Source: Candidatus Hydrogenedentota bacterium | Lineage (GTDB): Bacteria; Hydrogenedentota; Hydrogenedentia; Hydrogenedentales; SLHB01 | DNA: 64,000 bases | Assembly: GCA_045863295.1 (NCBI GenBank) | Contig: BTWA01000032.1 | Coordinates: forward strand, 8,144-72,143 | Direction: 5' to 3' | Part shown: in pieces, positions 46,598-56,435 of the stretch | Layout of the letters: every line of letters begins with the position of its first letter | Position numbering within the stretch: position 1 is the stretch's first letter | Position numbers and translations under genes: made by a program | The notes under the pieces: model-generated | The model's input: only the letters and a program-made list of their open reading frames with translations | Database searches by the model: none | Told to the model about the DNA's origin: nothing

Positions 46598-47326
46598 ATG
46601 CGTGTCCTGGACTTCTCTTTTGCCGAACCGGACCGCAATCTGGCCCTCGATGAGGTGCTCTTGGACGCGGTGGAGGCCGGCGATTCCGATGATGTGCTCC
46701 GGTTCTGGGAATCCCCGGTTCCGTTTGTCGTGCTTGGCGTATCCCAGGTGCTCCACGATCATGTATGGGCGGATGTCTGTCGTGCTGAAGGCGTGCGCGT
46801 CCAGCGCCGTTGTTCAGCTGGCGGGTGCGTTCTCCAGGGGCCGGGCAGCCTCAATTTTGCCCTGGCACTCCGATACTCGTCTGACCCCGCCTACCCCAGC
46901 CTCCGTGGATCGTATTGCCGGATTCTGGAACTGGTTGGCAAGGCACTCGCCACGGCCGGTTGTTCGGTGACTCCCCAAGGCGTTTCGGACTTGGCGGAGG
47001 GGGAGCGGAAAGTCTCGGGAAATGCTCAGAAGCGCCGCAAGTATGCCTTTCTGCACCACGGCACCTTGCTTTATCGGGTAAATGCGGCGGGTATGACCCG
47101 ATATCTGAAAGAACCGGAAGACCGCCCCGCGTATCGAGGAGGGCGGACCCACGAATCCTTTCTTACGGCGTTGCCACTTCAACCGGAAGTAATCAAGTCC
47201 GCTCTGGCCGCGCGTTTCTGTCCCGGTGCTGTGACCGGTACCCGGTTGGAGGATACCCTTCTCGAAGCCACCAATTTGCTAGTGGATGAAAAGTATTCCC
47301 GGCAAGATTGGATACACAGGCGGTAA
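46598..47326 (+). CDS. Lipoate-protein ligase A family protein
   Basis: NLALDE.LL, LRFWE, RR.SAGG.V, KVSGNAQ, HHGTLL. Downstream of gcv. Confidence 0.88.
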   Translation: MRVLDFSFAEPDRNLALDEVLLDAVEAGDSDDVLRFWESPVPFVVLGVSQVLHDHVWADVCRAEGVRVQRRCSAGGCVLQGPGSLNFALALRYSSDPAYPSLRGSYCRILELVGKALATAGCSVTPQGVSDLAEGERKVSGNAQKRRKYAFLHHGTLLYRVNAAGMTRYLKEPEDRPAYRGGRTHESFLTALPLQPEVIKSALAARFCPGAVTGTRLEDTLLEATNLLVDEKYSRQDWIHRR

Positions 47327-47523
47327 GGAATGCGGTATACTAGATACACGGGGGGATTGGGGCGGCATCACCGTCCGTTTTCACCCGAAACTGGGCGGCA
47401 ATCCCGTTCTTGGCCAACGCACGAGGGTGGCTATGCGATTCTCCCGCTGAGGCAAACCCCGTTCACTTTCCCCGCGATCATGCGGGAGACTTGAGTCGGC
47501 AATACAGCATTAAGATTCGTTCC

Positions 47524-48192
47524 ATGAAGTTATTACGTAACATACCGGTCGGCACGTGGGTCTCCGTGGCCAGTGTTGGCTGTCTGGCGGTCTACGGCGC
47601 GGTGGCCTATCGTCATATGTTGGACGGTGGGTCCCCAGCCCTTTCGACTCCAGTCTCGGCCGAAGTGGAAACCGCGAAGGATCCGCCCGTCGTAAGTCAA
47701 GAACCGACTAGGGTTTCGGATAGTGTGGCCATGCGCTATGCGCGATCCGTCCAGTCCCGTGACTGCGAAGAGGTCGTTCGAATGACTTTCTGGATGCAGG
47801 AGAGAATCAAGTTCGCGATGTTGTCAGGGCAGCCCCGGGAAACGGTTGAACGTGAGTTGTGCCTCGATTTGCAGGACATCAAGCGCGAGAATAACGTGCT
47901 GGCCAGCGAAGGCGTCGAAGACAAATACCTGTTTGCCACGGACACAACGCTTCAATCCCAGGGGGAAGACGCGGGCCGCAAAGACCTTGAGGACGCCCCT
48001 GCGGCCGTACGCGAATGGATCAAGGTCACCTATTCCAATCCCTTGACTGCCCTGAAGGATGGGCAGGGCAAGCCGATACGTTCCATCACGGTTGGGGTGA
48101 ATGTTTCGCAAGAAGGGTATATATTAAAGGCAGGGATAGTTGGAAATCTCGACATCGGCCGGAATTCCATCTCCTATGATTGGCCAAATTGA
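47524..48192 (+). CDS. Hypothetical protein with an N-terminal membrane anchor
   Basis: ORF with one N-terminal hydrophobic segment. Confidence 0.65.
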   Translation: MKLLRNIPVGTWVSVASVGCLAVYGAVAYRHMLDGGSPALSTPVSAEVETAKDPPVVSQEPTRVSDSVAMRYARSVQSRDCEEVVRMTFWMQERIKFAMLSGQPRETVERELCLDLQDIKRENNVLASEGVEDKYLFATDTTLQSQGEDAGRKDLEDAPAAVREWIKVTYSNPLTALKDGQGKPIRSITVGVNVSQEGYILKAGIVGNLDIGRNSISYDWPN

Positions 48193-48207
48193 TGAGGGCC
48201 CCGATCC

Positions 48208-48654
48208 ATGGCACTAGCCTCGTGTCCGCGCTGTCAAAAACTGTTTGAAAAAAAGAGCGCTCGCGTCTGCCCCAAGTGCGTGCCCGAGGAGGACGAAGAC
48301 TACGAAAAAGTCAGGGCGGCGCTTGCGGCCACACCCAATCAGTCCGCGGAAGAAGTGGCAAAGGAAACCCAGGTTTCATTGGATTGCGTGCTGCGGCTGC
48401 TGGAAGATGGCCGGATTGTTACAACGTTGGCAAGTAAGCAGATTAAATGCGGCCGTTGCGGCGCTCCCGCCATCAGCCTGAGCAAAAAGCTGTGCGAACG
48501 GTGCTTGAATGAGCTGAACGCCAAATTGGCCATAGAGCAATCCAAAATCCGGTTGCCGAAAAAGAAAGATGTGGAAGTCGGCACGGCGCTCAATACGTTT
48601 ACAAGGGCCGTGGACGACGACAACAAGACCGGGGGCACGAAGTACAACCGGTAG
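48208..48654 (+). CDS. YvyF-like (flagellar operon) double zinc-ribbon/HTH protein
   Basis: CPRC..LF...CPKC..EE.EDYEKVR, helical middle ending DGRI, CGRC...LCERC. Confidence 0.75.
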   Translation: MALASCPRCQKLFEKKSARVCPKCVPEEDEDYEKVRAALAATPNQSAEEVAKETQVSLDCVLRLLEDGRIVTTLASKQIKCGRCGAPAISLSKKLCERCLNELNAKLAIEQSKIRLPKKKDVEVGTALNTFTRAVDDDNKTGGTKYNR

Positions 48655-48736
48655 GCATGCAGGGAGCTAAGCGCCGCGATTCGGCAGGATGGACCCCGCG
48701 GCAATCAAAGGCGCTTAATTGAAAGCAGGTAGGGAA

Positions 48737-48895
48737 ATGACTCGCAGGGATTTGATGGGCGTGTTTTTCCTGGTGACACTCTTTATCGTGCTCATAGTGG
48801 GATTGGTTTTGACATTTCAACCCAAGGGCGAAGGCAATGATCCAAGTGAGAGTGTCTTTGTTCAGCAGCGGGTTCGGAATCTTCAAAAACAATAG
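48737..48895 (+). CDS. 52-aa single-TM small protein, below the ORF track cutoff
   Basis: AGGG RBS, MTRRDLMGVFFLVTLFIVLIVGLVLTFQPKGEGNDPSESVFVQQRVRNLQKQ. Confidence 0.55.
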   Translation: MTRRDLMGVFFLVTLFIVLIVGLVLTFQPKGEGNDPSESVFVQQRVRNLQKQ

Positions 48896-48999
48896 AGTGC
48901 GAAAATAACTGAATTCGTGGCCATTGGGCCGGTTTTGTCTCGTCAAGCAATTCCCAAACGCGTTACCATAGGGCTATATCCAATCTTTACGGTGTTTCA

Positions 49000-50199
49000 G
49001 TGAAACCGGACGTGTATTCGTCTCCAAACAAACAACATGCATCAGACTCAAATCTGCGGGGCGTTGTGAGAAACCGGATGTGCTGTCACGGCATTCGGGC
49101 CTGTATCGTGACGCTAGCTTGTCTGTGCGGTTTGATCCCGGTTTCCTCGTTCGCCCAAACCCTTACCGGGAACATTGGATTGCGTGCCATGGTGTCGGAA
49201 AACGAAAGGGAAGGGACCATTTCGCTGTACGATATCGAATCGACAGCCTATGTTTCACTCGAAGAACTCATCAAGGCGCTCGGAGGCGGAATTACAGTCT
49301 ATACCGATCGCGTCAAGGCGGATCTTGCGGGCGGAACGGCTTGGTTGTCGGTTGGCGGACAAAACGTGGACGCTTCCGGCGGACAGTTTGAGCTCAAACG
49401 CCCGTTGCTCCAATTCGAGCGAAAAGTCTACATCGCACTCAGCGACACCGTTCCATTTCTTGAATCCTCGTTCAAAGTTGTCGCAACCGTTGATTTGGAC
49501 TCCTCCACCGGAAACGCTCCGGATGCCCCGGTGGACAATACAACCCCGGACTCCGAGACACTCCCGTCATCCGGAATGGATATAAGCAACCGATCCGGAT
49601 CCGCGACCGTGTCACCCACGGTGAAGGTCATCCTTATTGACCCCGGCCACGGCGGTCAAGACGCCGGCGTAGAAGGCAAGACGACGGGACTCAAAGAGAA
49701 AGACTTGACGCTTACCCTCGCACTGCAGTTGCGGGATGCGCTTGCCACTACGACTTCGGCACGCATCGTGCTCACGCGTGACGACGATTCCGGTCCGACC
49801 CCTGAACAGAGGGCCAGCATGGCCAACACAAGCGGGGCCGACTTGTTCATCAGTCTTCATGCCGGCGGAAGTTACGCCCCAGGCGCGGCCGGGTTTGCCT
49901 TGTTCATTGGCGAGGGAAGCAGGGGTCAAGCCGCCTTCGCCGCTCAAGTGGCCCGTGCCCTCGAAGCTAAGATGATCCAAGCGGCGAATGCGGCCAGCTT
50001 GGGGATACACGCGGTTCCGTGCCGCATTTTCAGAAATGTACAAATACCATCCATCCTTCTCGAGGTGGGGATGTTAACCAGCAGTCAAGAGGAGACTCTG
50101 TTGGCTTCCTCGGAGTACCAGGAAAAACTCGTACAAGCCTTGGCCGCGTCCATTGTAGATATTGCGGGTCCACGTCCTTCCGAGGAACCTGTCCAGTGA
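49000..50199 (+). CDS. N-acetylmuramoyl-L-alanine amidase (Amidase_3), start uncertain
   Basis: IDPGHGG, EKD, LTR, DLFISLHA, ILLEVG, signal peptide. Confidence 0.9.
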   Translation: MKPDVYSSPNKQHASDSNLRGVVRNRMCCHGIRACIVTLACLCGLIPVSSFAQTLTGNIGLRAMVSENEREGTISLYDIESTAYVSLEELIKALGGGITVYTDRVKADLAGGTAWLSVGGQNVDASGGQFELKRPLLQFERKVYIALSDTVPFLESSFKVVATVDLDSSTGNAPDAPVDNTTPDSETLPSSGMDISNRSGSATVSPTVKVILIDPGHGGQDAGVEGKTTGLKEKDLTLTLALQLRDALATTTSARIVLTRDDDSGPTPEQRASMANTSGADLFISLHAGGSYAPGAAGFALFIGEGSRGQAAFAAQVARALEAKMIQAANAASLGIHAVPCRIFRNVQIPSILLEVGMLTSSQEETLLASSEYQEKLVQALAASIVDIAGPRPSEEPVQ

Positions 50200-50858
50200 G
50201 CGTATACGACAGGCCGAGTCTGCTGAAGAAAATTCTCTTTGCCGCATGGGGTATGGTCACTCTGATTCTGGTCTTCAGCGTCATGCTGTTGATCAATGAA
50301 CTGGTGCGCCAGGGCCACAACCCCATGGAATTGCCGACCGAAGTCCCTCGGCCCGCATCGGTTTCGTCCATCGAGAAGTCCACGGAATCCCGCGAGGTCA
50401 CCCTTTACTTCGCCTCCGCCGACGGATCAAAACTCGAACCGGAAACGCGGCTCGTCGCTTTCGGGGAAGCGACCGTGGAGAATTGCCGCGCTGTGCTCGA
50501 AGCATTGGTGCGCGGCTCCATGAACAACAAGCCAAGGATACTTCCGCCATCGGTCAGCGTGCGGGCCCTGTACCTGTTACGCGGCGGGGAGCTTGTTGTC
50601 GACTTTGCGGATGACTTGCAGATGGCCGACTCCACTAGCGCCTTGTCTGAATCGCTGCTTGTATATGGAATCGTCAATTCGGTGTCACAGCCGGGTGTCC
50701 GCGGATCCGATAATCAAATCGTTCGCTCGGTCCGGTTTCTTGTGGGTGGAGAAGAACCCTCCGGCCGGTTTCCCGGACACGTCGACTTCTCCCAGCCTTT
50801 TGCGCCTCAGCCTGCCTGGATTCAGCAAGCAGACCGCCGAGCTTCAGCGAATGGCTAA
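50196..50858 (+). CDS. GerMN-domain membrane-anchored protein
   Basis: TM, VTLYFA...L.PE.R, L.RG, VVDF, E.L.VY.IVNS, VRFLV.G. Lies between the amidase and murI. Confidence 0.8.
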   Translation: MSVYDRPSLLKKILFAAWGMVTLILVFSVMLLINELVRQGHNPMELPTEVPRPASVSSIEKSTESREVTLYFASADGSKLEPETRLVAFGEATVENCRAVLEALVRGSMNNKPRILPPSVSVRALYLLRGGELVVDFADDLQMADSTSALSESLLVYGIVNSVSQPGVRGSDNQIVRSVRFLVGGEEPSGRFPGHVDFSQPFAPQPAWIQQADRRASANG

Positions 50859-51651
50859 AGGTCGCGGAGCAGTGGGCATTTTTGATTCCGGCGTCGGTGG
50901 CCTGACCGTGTTGCGCCGAGTGGCCGAACGTCTGCCGCACGAGTCCATCGTCTATTTGGGGGATACGGCCCGCGTGCCCTATGGAACGAAATCGGCGGAA
51001 ACCGTCGTTCGCTACGCGAAAGCCTGTGCGAACGTGCTTATCGATCGTGGCATCAGCCTGCTCGTGGTGGCATGCAACACGGCCTCAGCCTATGCCTTGG
51101 AGGCGCTTCGGCATGAGTTGACCATACCGGTGATCGGCGTAATCGATCCTGGAGCGCGCCGTGCCGTACGCAGCACGCGATCGGGGCGCATTGGCGTCAT
51201 CGGAACGAAAGGCACCATTTCCAGCGGCGCGTATCAAAACGCAATAGCCGCGCTACAGCCGGATCATGCCGTTTTTGGCCAGCCCTGCCCGCTATTTGTT
51301 CCCCTGGCCGAAGAAGGCTGGCTGGAAGGCGAAGTGCCATTGTCCGTCGCCCGCACCTACTTGCGGCCACTTTTGGATCACGATATTGACACGCTTGTGC
51401 TCGGTTGCACACATTATCCCTTGCTGAAAGACGTCATTGCCGAAGCGGCTGGCCCTGGAGTCACCCTGATTGATAGTGCCGAGGCCACCGCTGAAACCGT
51501 CGCGACTTACCTGCAGAAACAGGACAACTCGCCAGCAAACCAGGAATCCCGTTTTCACTATCTGGTAACCGATGACCCGGATTCGTTCGCTCGCGTGGGG
51601 CGCGGATTTCTGGGATACGCCATAGACACCGTAGAGTGGGTGGACATCTAA
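50851..51651 (+). CDS. murI: Glutamate racemase
   Basis: FDSGVGGLTV, DTARVPYG, VACNTAS, LGCTHYP. Confidence 0.97.
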   Translation: MAKGRGAVGIFDSGVGGLTVLRRVAERLPHESIVYLGDTARVPYGTKSAETVVRYAKACANVLIDRGISLLVVACNTASAYALEALRHELTIPVIGVIDPGARRAVRSTRSGRIGVIGTKGTISSGAYQNAIAALQPDHAVFGQPCPLFVPLAEEGWLEGEVPLSVARTYLRPLLDHDIDTLVLGCTHYPLLKDVIAEAAGPGVTLIDSAEATAETVATYLQKQDNSPANQESRFHYLVTDDPDSFARVGRGFLGYAIDTVEWVDI

Positions 51652-53273
51652 ACTTGCCACAAGATAAAACAACGGAAACCAAGTCGCCGCCTGCGCCCTA
51701 TCCATGGACAGGTGTTCTGGTGGGGCTGATCACCTGCGCTCTCCTCGGAGCGGGAGTACTGACCGTACTTAAACGCCAATTCAAGGATGCGCCCGAGAGT
51801 CTGGACGACCGTACGCTCGCCTTGACGGATGCCGTGGACCGTTTCCTGGAAGAGCAATTCATACCCCGATCGGCCATTACGCGCAAAGAATCAACCGCGC
51901 AAGCAGATTCCGGCATGCGCTGGCGGCACACGCAGTTCGACGTAGCGTTGCCTGCCTCCGTGACCGTGCCGGGAATTACGAGCTTGCTGCGTGTCGCCAT
52001 GGCGGAACACGGAGTGACCATCAGCGACGATCCGTTACCGGATGGTCATGGTTGGAAACTGCACTTCTTCGTGAAGAACCGGGAATTCATCGATATGGCG
52101 ATACGCGGCTACTTCGTGGACTCGCTCGCGCCCGCCGACTACACCCAAGAGACGGCGGCCCTTGCCGAACAACTTATTGGCGTGCTGGCGCACGACATGC
52201 CGGCCGGATCGCAATTCAATGATGTCCAGACTGAAATTGCCGCCGATCAGTCCTCACGCTGGACGCTGACTCGTTTTACCCTCGCCCTCGCCGGCGGCGC
52301 GTCACAACAATACATTCTCGATTCCGCCAATCGGTTCGCCGGCGAGAATCAAATGGATATTTCCCTCGAAACTTCAACGGAAACGGGCGGCATACTACGC
52401 GCATTTCACCGTGGTTTACAGATCGTCGAAGCGGATTTCACCTCACCTACACCCGAACCCGCCAATGGCGTTGAGACGAACGAACCCATTTCACCGGCCA
52501 TGGATGCCGCCGAAATGCCCGACGTCCCCTTGAATTCCCAGGACCTTGCGGAGACGGGCGAAACCGTGGAACCCGATCTGACGGGGGAACGCGTCTCCGA
52601 TCAACTTCGCCTTGCCCTCATCGTCGACGACGGCGGATACGGAGGCAATACCACGGAACGGCTGCTGCAGCTCGACCCAAACCTTACACTGGCCATCATT
52701 CCTGGAACCCCTTACGGCACCGAAACCGCCACCCGGGGCGCGGAACTCGGTTTTGAAATCATGATTCATATGCCCATGGAATCGCACGGCGAAGGAATCA
52801 ACGGAGCCAACCGGACACTTCCAGAGTTCATCACGATCGATATGCCTGCGGAAGATATCGCCAATGCTGTCAAGCGCGCGATCGAAGATATTCCCCATGC
52901 CGTCGGCTTGAACAACCACACTGGATCGAAATACACCATGTACGCGGATCCAATGAAGGTCGTGCTGGAGACGTTGAAGGAAAACAACCTCTACTTTATC
53001 GACAGTATTACCACCGGTAAGTCGGTTGCATATCAGACGGCTCAGGAAGTGGGCGTTAAATCGGCCAAGCGCGATCTTTTTCTCGACAACGAGGCCAATA
53101 CCGAATACATCCGGGCGCGCTTCAAAGAGCTGATCGGCATCGTGAAACGAAAGGGAGAGGCCATTGCCATTTGCCATTTCCGTCCACGGACTATTGACGT
53201 GCTCGAATCGATTCTACCTGAATTAAAGGATCAGGGAATTGAACTGGTACACGCTTCGGAGATGATCCATTGA
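51636..53273 (+). CDS. Divergent polysaccharide deacetylase family protein with a long N-terminal region
   Basis: C-terminal IVDDGGY, HMPME, GLNNHTGS, FIDS.T, RDLFLDN, AICH. Confidence 0.85.
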   Translation: MGGHLNLPQDKTTETKSPPAPYPWTGVLVGLITCALLGAGVLTVLKRQFKDAPESLDDRTLALTDAVDRFLEEQFIPRSAITRKESTAQADSGMRWRHTQFDVALPASVTVPGITSLLRVAMAEHGVTISDDPLPDGHGWKLHFFVKNREFIDMAIRGYFVDSLAPADYTQETAALAEQLIGVLAHDMPAGSQFNDVQTEIAADQSSRWTLTRFTLALAGGASQQYILDSANRFAGENQMDISLETSTETGGILRAFHRGLQIVEADFTSPTPEPANGVETNEPISPAMDAAEMPDVPLNSQDLAETGETVEPDLTGERVSDQLRLALIVDDGGYGGNTTERLLQLDPNLTLAIIPGTPYGTETATRGAELGFEIMIHMPMESHGEGINGANRTLPEFITIDMPAEDIANAVKRAIEDIPHAVGLNNHTGSKYTMYADPMKVVLETLKENNLYFIDSITTGKSVAYQTAQEVGVKSAKRDLFLDNEANTEYIRARFKELIGIVKRKGEAIAICHFRPRTIDVLESILPELKDQGIELVHASEMIH

Positions 53274-54244
53274 GCCGGATACTCGCCATCGAAACCTCCT
53301 GCGACGAAACCGGCGTGGCCATCATCGAAGACGGCCGCCGGATTGTCGCCAACGAAGTCGCGTCCCAGATCGCCTTGCATGCGCCGTTTGGCGGCGTGGT
53401 GCCGGAATTGGCGTCCAGGCAACATACGCGGGTGATTACGCAATTAACCGAAAAAGCTATCAAGGATGCGGCAGGCGAAATCGATGCCGTCGCGGCAACC
53501 ACGGGTCCCGGCCTGATGGGCTCGCTGCTTGTGGGGGTCTGTTTCGCAAAAAGCCTCGCCTATTCATGGAAAAAACCGTTTATCCCCGTTCACCATATCG
53601 AGGGTCACATCTTTTCGGTGTTTCTCGCAGAGGAAGCCCCTGAGTTTCCATTTCTGGCGCTTATTGTCAGTGGCGGCCATACCCAACTTGTCTGGTGCCC
53701 CGCGCCGCATCAATACGAAATTCTCGGTGCCACACGCGATGATGCCATCGGTGAATGTTTCGACAAGGTCGCCCGGCTACTCGAATTGCCATACCCCGGC
53801 GGACCGTCCATTCAAAAGGCAGCCGAAGGCGGCGATCCGCACGCCCATAAATTTCCCCGCGCCATGACCGATTCCGGCAACCTCGATTTCAGCTACAGCG
53901 GCCTCAAGACAGCCGTCCTGTATGCCCTGCGCGACAACGGAAGCACAATAAACAAGGCCGATCTCGCCGCGAGCTTTCAGTACGCGGCCGTTGATGCATT
54001 GTTGATCAAGACTCGGCAAGCCATTGCTCAAATTGGGGCTGAACGGCTCGTGCTGGCGGGAGGGGTGGCCGCAAACCGTCTCCTCCGGCAGCGCCTTCCC
54101 GAATTGGGGGTGCCAGTGTTCATGCCCTCCATCCCGTTGTGCATGGACAACGCCGCCATGATCGGCGCGGCCGCCCATTCGCTGTGGATGCACGGTAAAA
54201 CCGCTGGCATGCGATCCACGCCCCGGTCCGACCTGCCGCTTTGA
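53270..54244 (+). CDS. tsaD: tRNA N6-adenosine threonylcarbamoyltransferase
   Basis: IETSCDET, GGVVPELASR.H, HHIEGH, VSGGHT, DFSYSGLKT, DNAAMIG. Confidence 0.97.
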   Translation: MSRILAIETSCDETGVAIIEDGRRIVANEVASQIALHAPFGGVVPELASRQHTRVITQLTEKAIKDAAGEIDAVAATTGPGLMGSLLVGVCFAKSLAYSWKKPFIPVHHIEGHIFSVFLAEEAPEFPFLALIVSGGHTQLVWCPAPHQYEILGATRDDAIGECFDKVARLLELPYPGGPSIQKAAEGGDPHAHKFPRAMTDSGNLDFSYSGLKTAVLYALRDNGSTINKADLAASFQYAAVDALLIKTRQAIAQIGAERLVLAGGVAANRLLRQRLPELGVPVFMPSIPLCMDNAAMIGAAAHSLWMHGKTAGMRSTPRSDLPL

Positions 54245-54302
54245 GGCGTCCATTGCCCAGCCCGTGGTATGATTCCACGAGGACCTTCCAAGGAGATGCT
54301 TC

Positions 54303-55376
54303 ATGATTCTTGAAGACCTGATGTACAAAGCCGTGGAAATCAAGGCTTCCGATATCCATATCAAGACGGGTAATCCGCCCATCTTTCGTATTGACGGTGA
54401 CCTTAAACGCGAAGATGGACCGGGGCTGACCAACGATCAGGTCATCCATTTGTTGGCGTCCATTGCTGCCCCCGCGGATATGGAACGCTTCAAGAAGGTG
54501 CTCGAACTGGATATTTCCTACATGCTCGGCGACATCGCGCGGTTCCGTGTAAACGCCTGCCGCGAAGACGGCGACGTGCGTATTGTGCTGCGCGTTATTC
54601 CCAAGGTGATTAAGACGATCGAAGAGTGCGCCTTGCCTGCCATCATGAACAAAATCGCCCTCGTGCGCGATGGGCTCGTTCTGGTGACAGGCGTCACCGG
54701 TAGCGGCAAATCCACCTCCCTGGCCGCCATGATCGACAAGATCAACACCACAAAGGGCGTCCACGTCGTAACCGTGGAGGACCCCCTGGAATTTGTCCAT
54801 CAGGACAAGAAATCCATCATCACCCAACGCGAAGTCGGCCACGATACACTTTCGTTTACAAATGCGCTTCGGGCAGCCCTCCGGCAGGACCCCGACGTTA
54901 TTCTGGTCGGCGAAATGCGCGACACCGAGACGGTACGCACCGCGATTTCCGCCGCGGAAACAGGTCACCTCGTATTCTCGACGTTGCATACCGTCGATGC
55001 CGTCGAGACCCTGCACCGCATCATGGATTTCTTCGAGCCGCACCAGCAACCCCAAGTGCGCAAGCAATTGGCCAGCGTATTGCGCGCCGTCATATCCCAG
55101 CGCCTCCTGCCCAAAAACAATGCCCCAGGGCGTGCAGTCGCAGCCGAAATCCTCATCGGTAACAGGACCGTTCGCGATTTCGTGGAACAGGGGAAGAGCT
55201 TCAAAGACATTACGCGCCTGATCGAGGAAGGCCGCGATCAATACGGCATGCAAACGTTCGATCAGGCGTTGTACGATCTCTACAAGAAAGGCGAGATCAC
55301 GGAAGAGGTTGCCCTTATCAATGCAACCAGCGCGCGCGATCTCAAACTGAAAATTCAGGGCATGGCCAAATCCTAG
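54303..55376 (+). CDS. pilT: Type IV pilus retraction ATPase PilT/PilU
   Basis: ASDIH, TGSGKST, EDPLEF, QREVG, LRQDPD, GEMRD, TGHLVFSTLHT, GMQTFDQ. Confidence 0.93.
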   Translation: MILEDLMYKAVEIKASDIHIKTGNPPIFRIDGDLKREDGPGLTNDQVIHLLASIAAPADMERFKKVLELDISYMLGDIARFRVNACREDGDVRIVLRVIPKVIKTIEECALPAIMNKIALVRDGLVLVTGVTGSGKSTSLAAMIDKINTTKGVHVVTVEDPLEFVHQDKKSIITQREVGHDTLSFTNALRAALRQDPDVILVGEMRDTETVRTAISAAETGHLVFSTLHTVDAVETLHRIMDFFEPHQQPQVRKQLASVLRAVISQRLLPKNNAPGRAVAAEILIGNRTVRDFVEQGKSFKDITRLIEEGRDQYGMQTFDQALYDLYKKGEITEEVALINATSARDLKLKIQGMAKS

Positions 55377-55404
55377 GCCGCATGCTCTCGCTCAAGGTGA
55401 AGCG

Positions 55405-56271
55405 ATGATTTCGTGGGCGATCTTGTACGGTGTCTGCACAACCGCGACTGCCGCAAACGCTTTGGTAAACGCCGGGTTTGAATCCATTGCCGGCGACAAA
55501 CCCGCACAGTGGCTCGTCTACGTGGAACCGATGGACGGTGCCGAGTACGCCGTGGATACTGACGTGCATCGCTCCGGAGGCGCGAGCATTCGGCTTCACA
55601 ACCCCCGGTTGTACGCCGAAGAGCCCGCCAACAATTGGAGCCAGAATATCCTCCGGAACTACTCCGGAAAAAAGGTCAAACTGACCGCATACATAAAGGC
55701 TGACAATGCGACCGAGGCCGCGGTCTGGATCCAAGCCTTTCGGAAATCTCCCCTGCGATTGCTGCTGCAAGCAAGCTCCTCCGACACCGTCCACATGGGC
55801 GGAACCCAGGATTGGACAGAGGTCGCCGTGGAAACCACGATCCCAGCCGGCTCTGATTTCCTGGTGGTTCGATGTGTATTGAAGGGCGAGGGTACCGCTT
55901 GGTTCGACGACCTCCAACTGGAGGTGGAACAACCGCCCTCCACGCCTCCGGTTGACGCCGCGGAAAACGACGATACAATCGTCACGGAAAAGCCCGTGAC
56001 CGATGCCAGCACCATCCAGGATCCCGGTTCCAACATCGCGCAAGACAAAGCCGCCCTGGAAGCCATTCAGTCCATGCGCGAAGCCGGTGAATCCATCCAA
56101 GAATCCAACCGTGCCATCATGGAAGAAATCCGGCACATGCGGGAGGAAATGCAGGCCCTGCAGAACGAGCTGGATGCCAAGCAGGCGGAACTAAAGGAAC
56201 TGCAGGATGCGGCAAAACCGCCCGCGCCGCCCCTCGTGCCGAGGTTGGATCAAGAAAGGCGGCGGCCGTAA
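55405..56271 (+). CDS. Secreted protein with a galactose-binding/CBM-like jelly-roll domain and a C-terminal coiled coil
   Basis: NAL.NAGFE...WFDDL pattern, C-terminal heptad repeats. Confidence 0.7.
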   Translation: MISWAILYGVCTTATAANALVNAGFESIAGDKPAQWLVYVEPMDGAEYAVDTDVHRSGGASIRLHNPRLYAEEPANNWSQNILRNYSGKKVKLTAYIKADNATEAAVWIQAFRKSPLRLLLQASSSDTVHMGGTQDWTEVAVETTIPAGSDFLVVRCVLKGEGTAWFDDLQLEVEQPPSTPPVDAAENDDTIVTEKPVTDASTIQDPGSNIAQDKAALEAIQSMREAGESIQESNRAIMEEIRHMREEMQALQNELDAKQAELKELQDAAKPPAPPLVPRLDQERRRP

Positions 56272-56435
56272 TGATGACCATGGCCCACATGGCCCTCGCA
56301 CTTCTTGCGGGATTCTCCGTCGCCGGCATGGTGTGGTATGGATGGGGCGCGATTGAAAACCTAGCCCACCGTTTCGCACGGCCCAAAGCCGCCGCGCCAG
56401 CCCCAAAAGCGAAGGAGAGTACGGATGAAAAGTAA
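56271..56435 (+). CDS. 54-aa single-TM small protein, below the ORF track cutoff
   Basis: TAATG coupling to the upstream gene, MMTMAHMALALLAGFSVAGMVWYGWG..., overlaps the next gene. Confidence 0.55.
   Translation: MMTMAHMALALLAGFSVAGMVWYGWGAIENLAHRFARPKAAAPAPKAKESTDEK

Noticed and set aside
47445..47500. c-di-GMP-I riboswitch suggested by GGCAAACC
   Set aside because: The GNRA-capped stem and the downstream GCAAAG element are missing.
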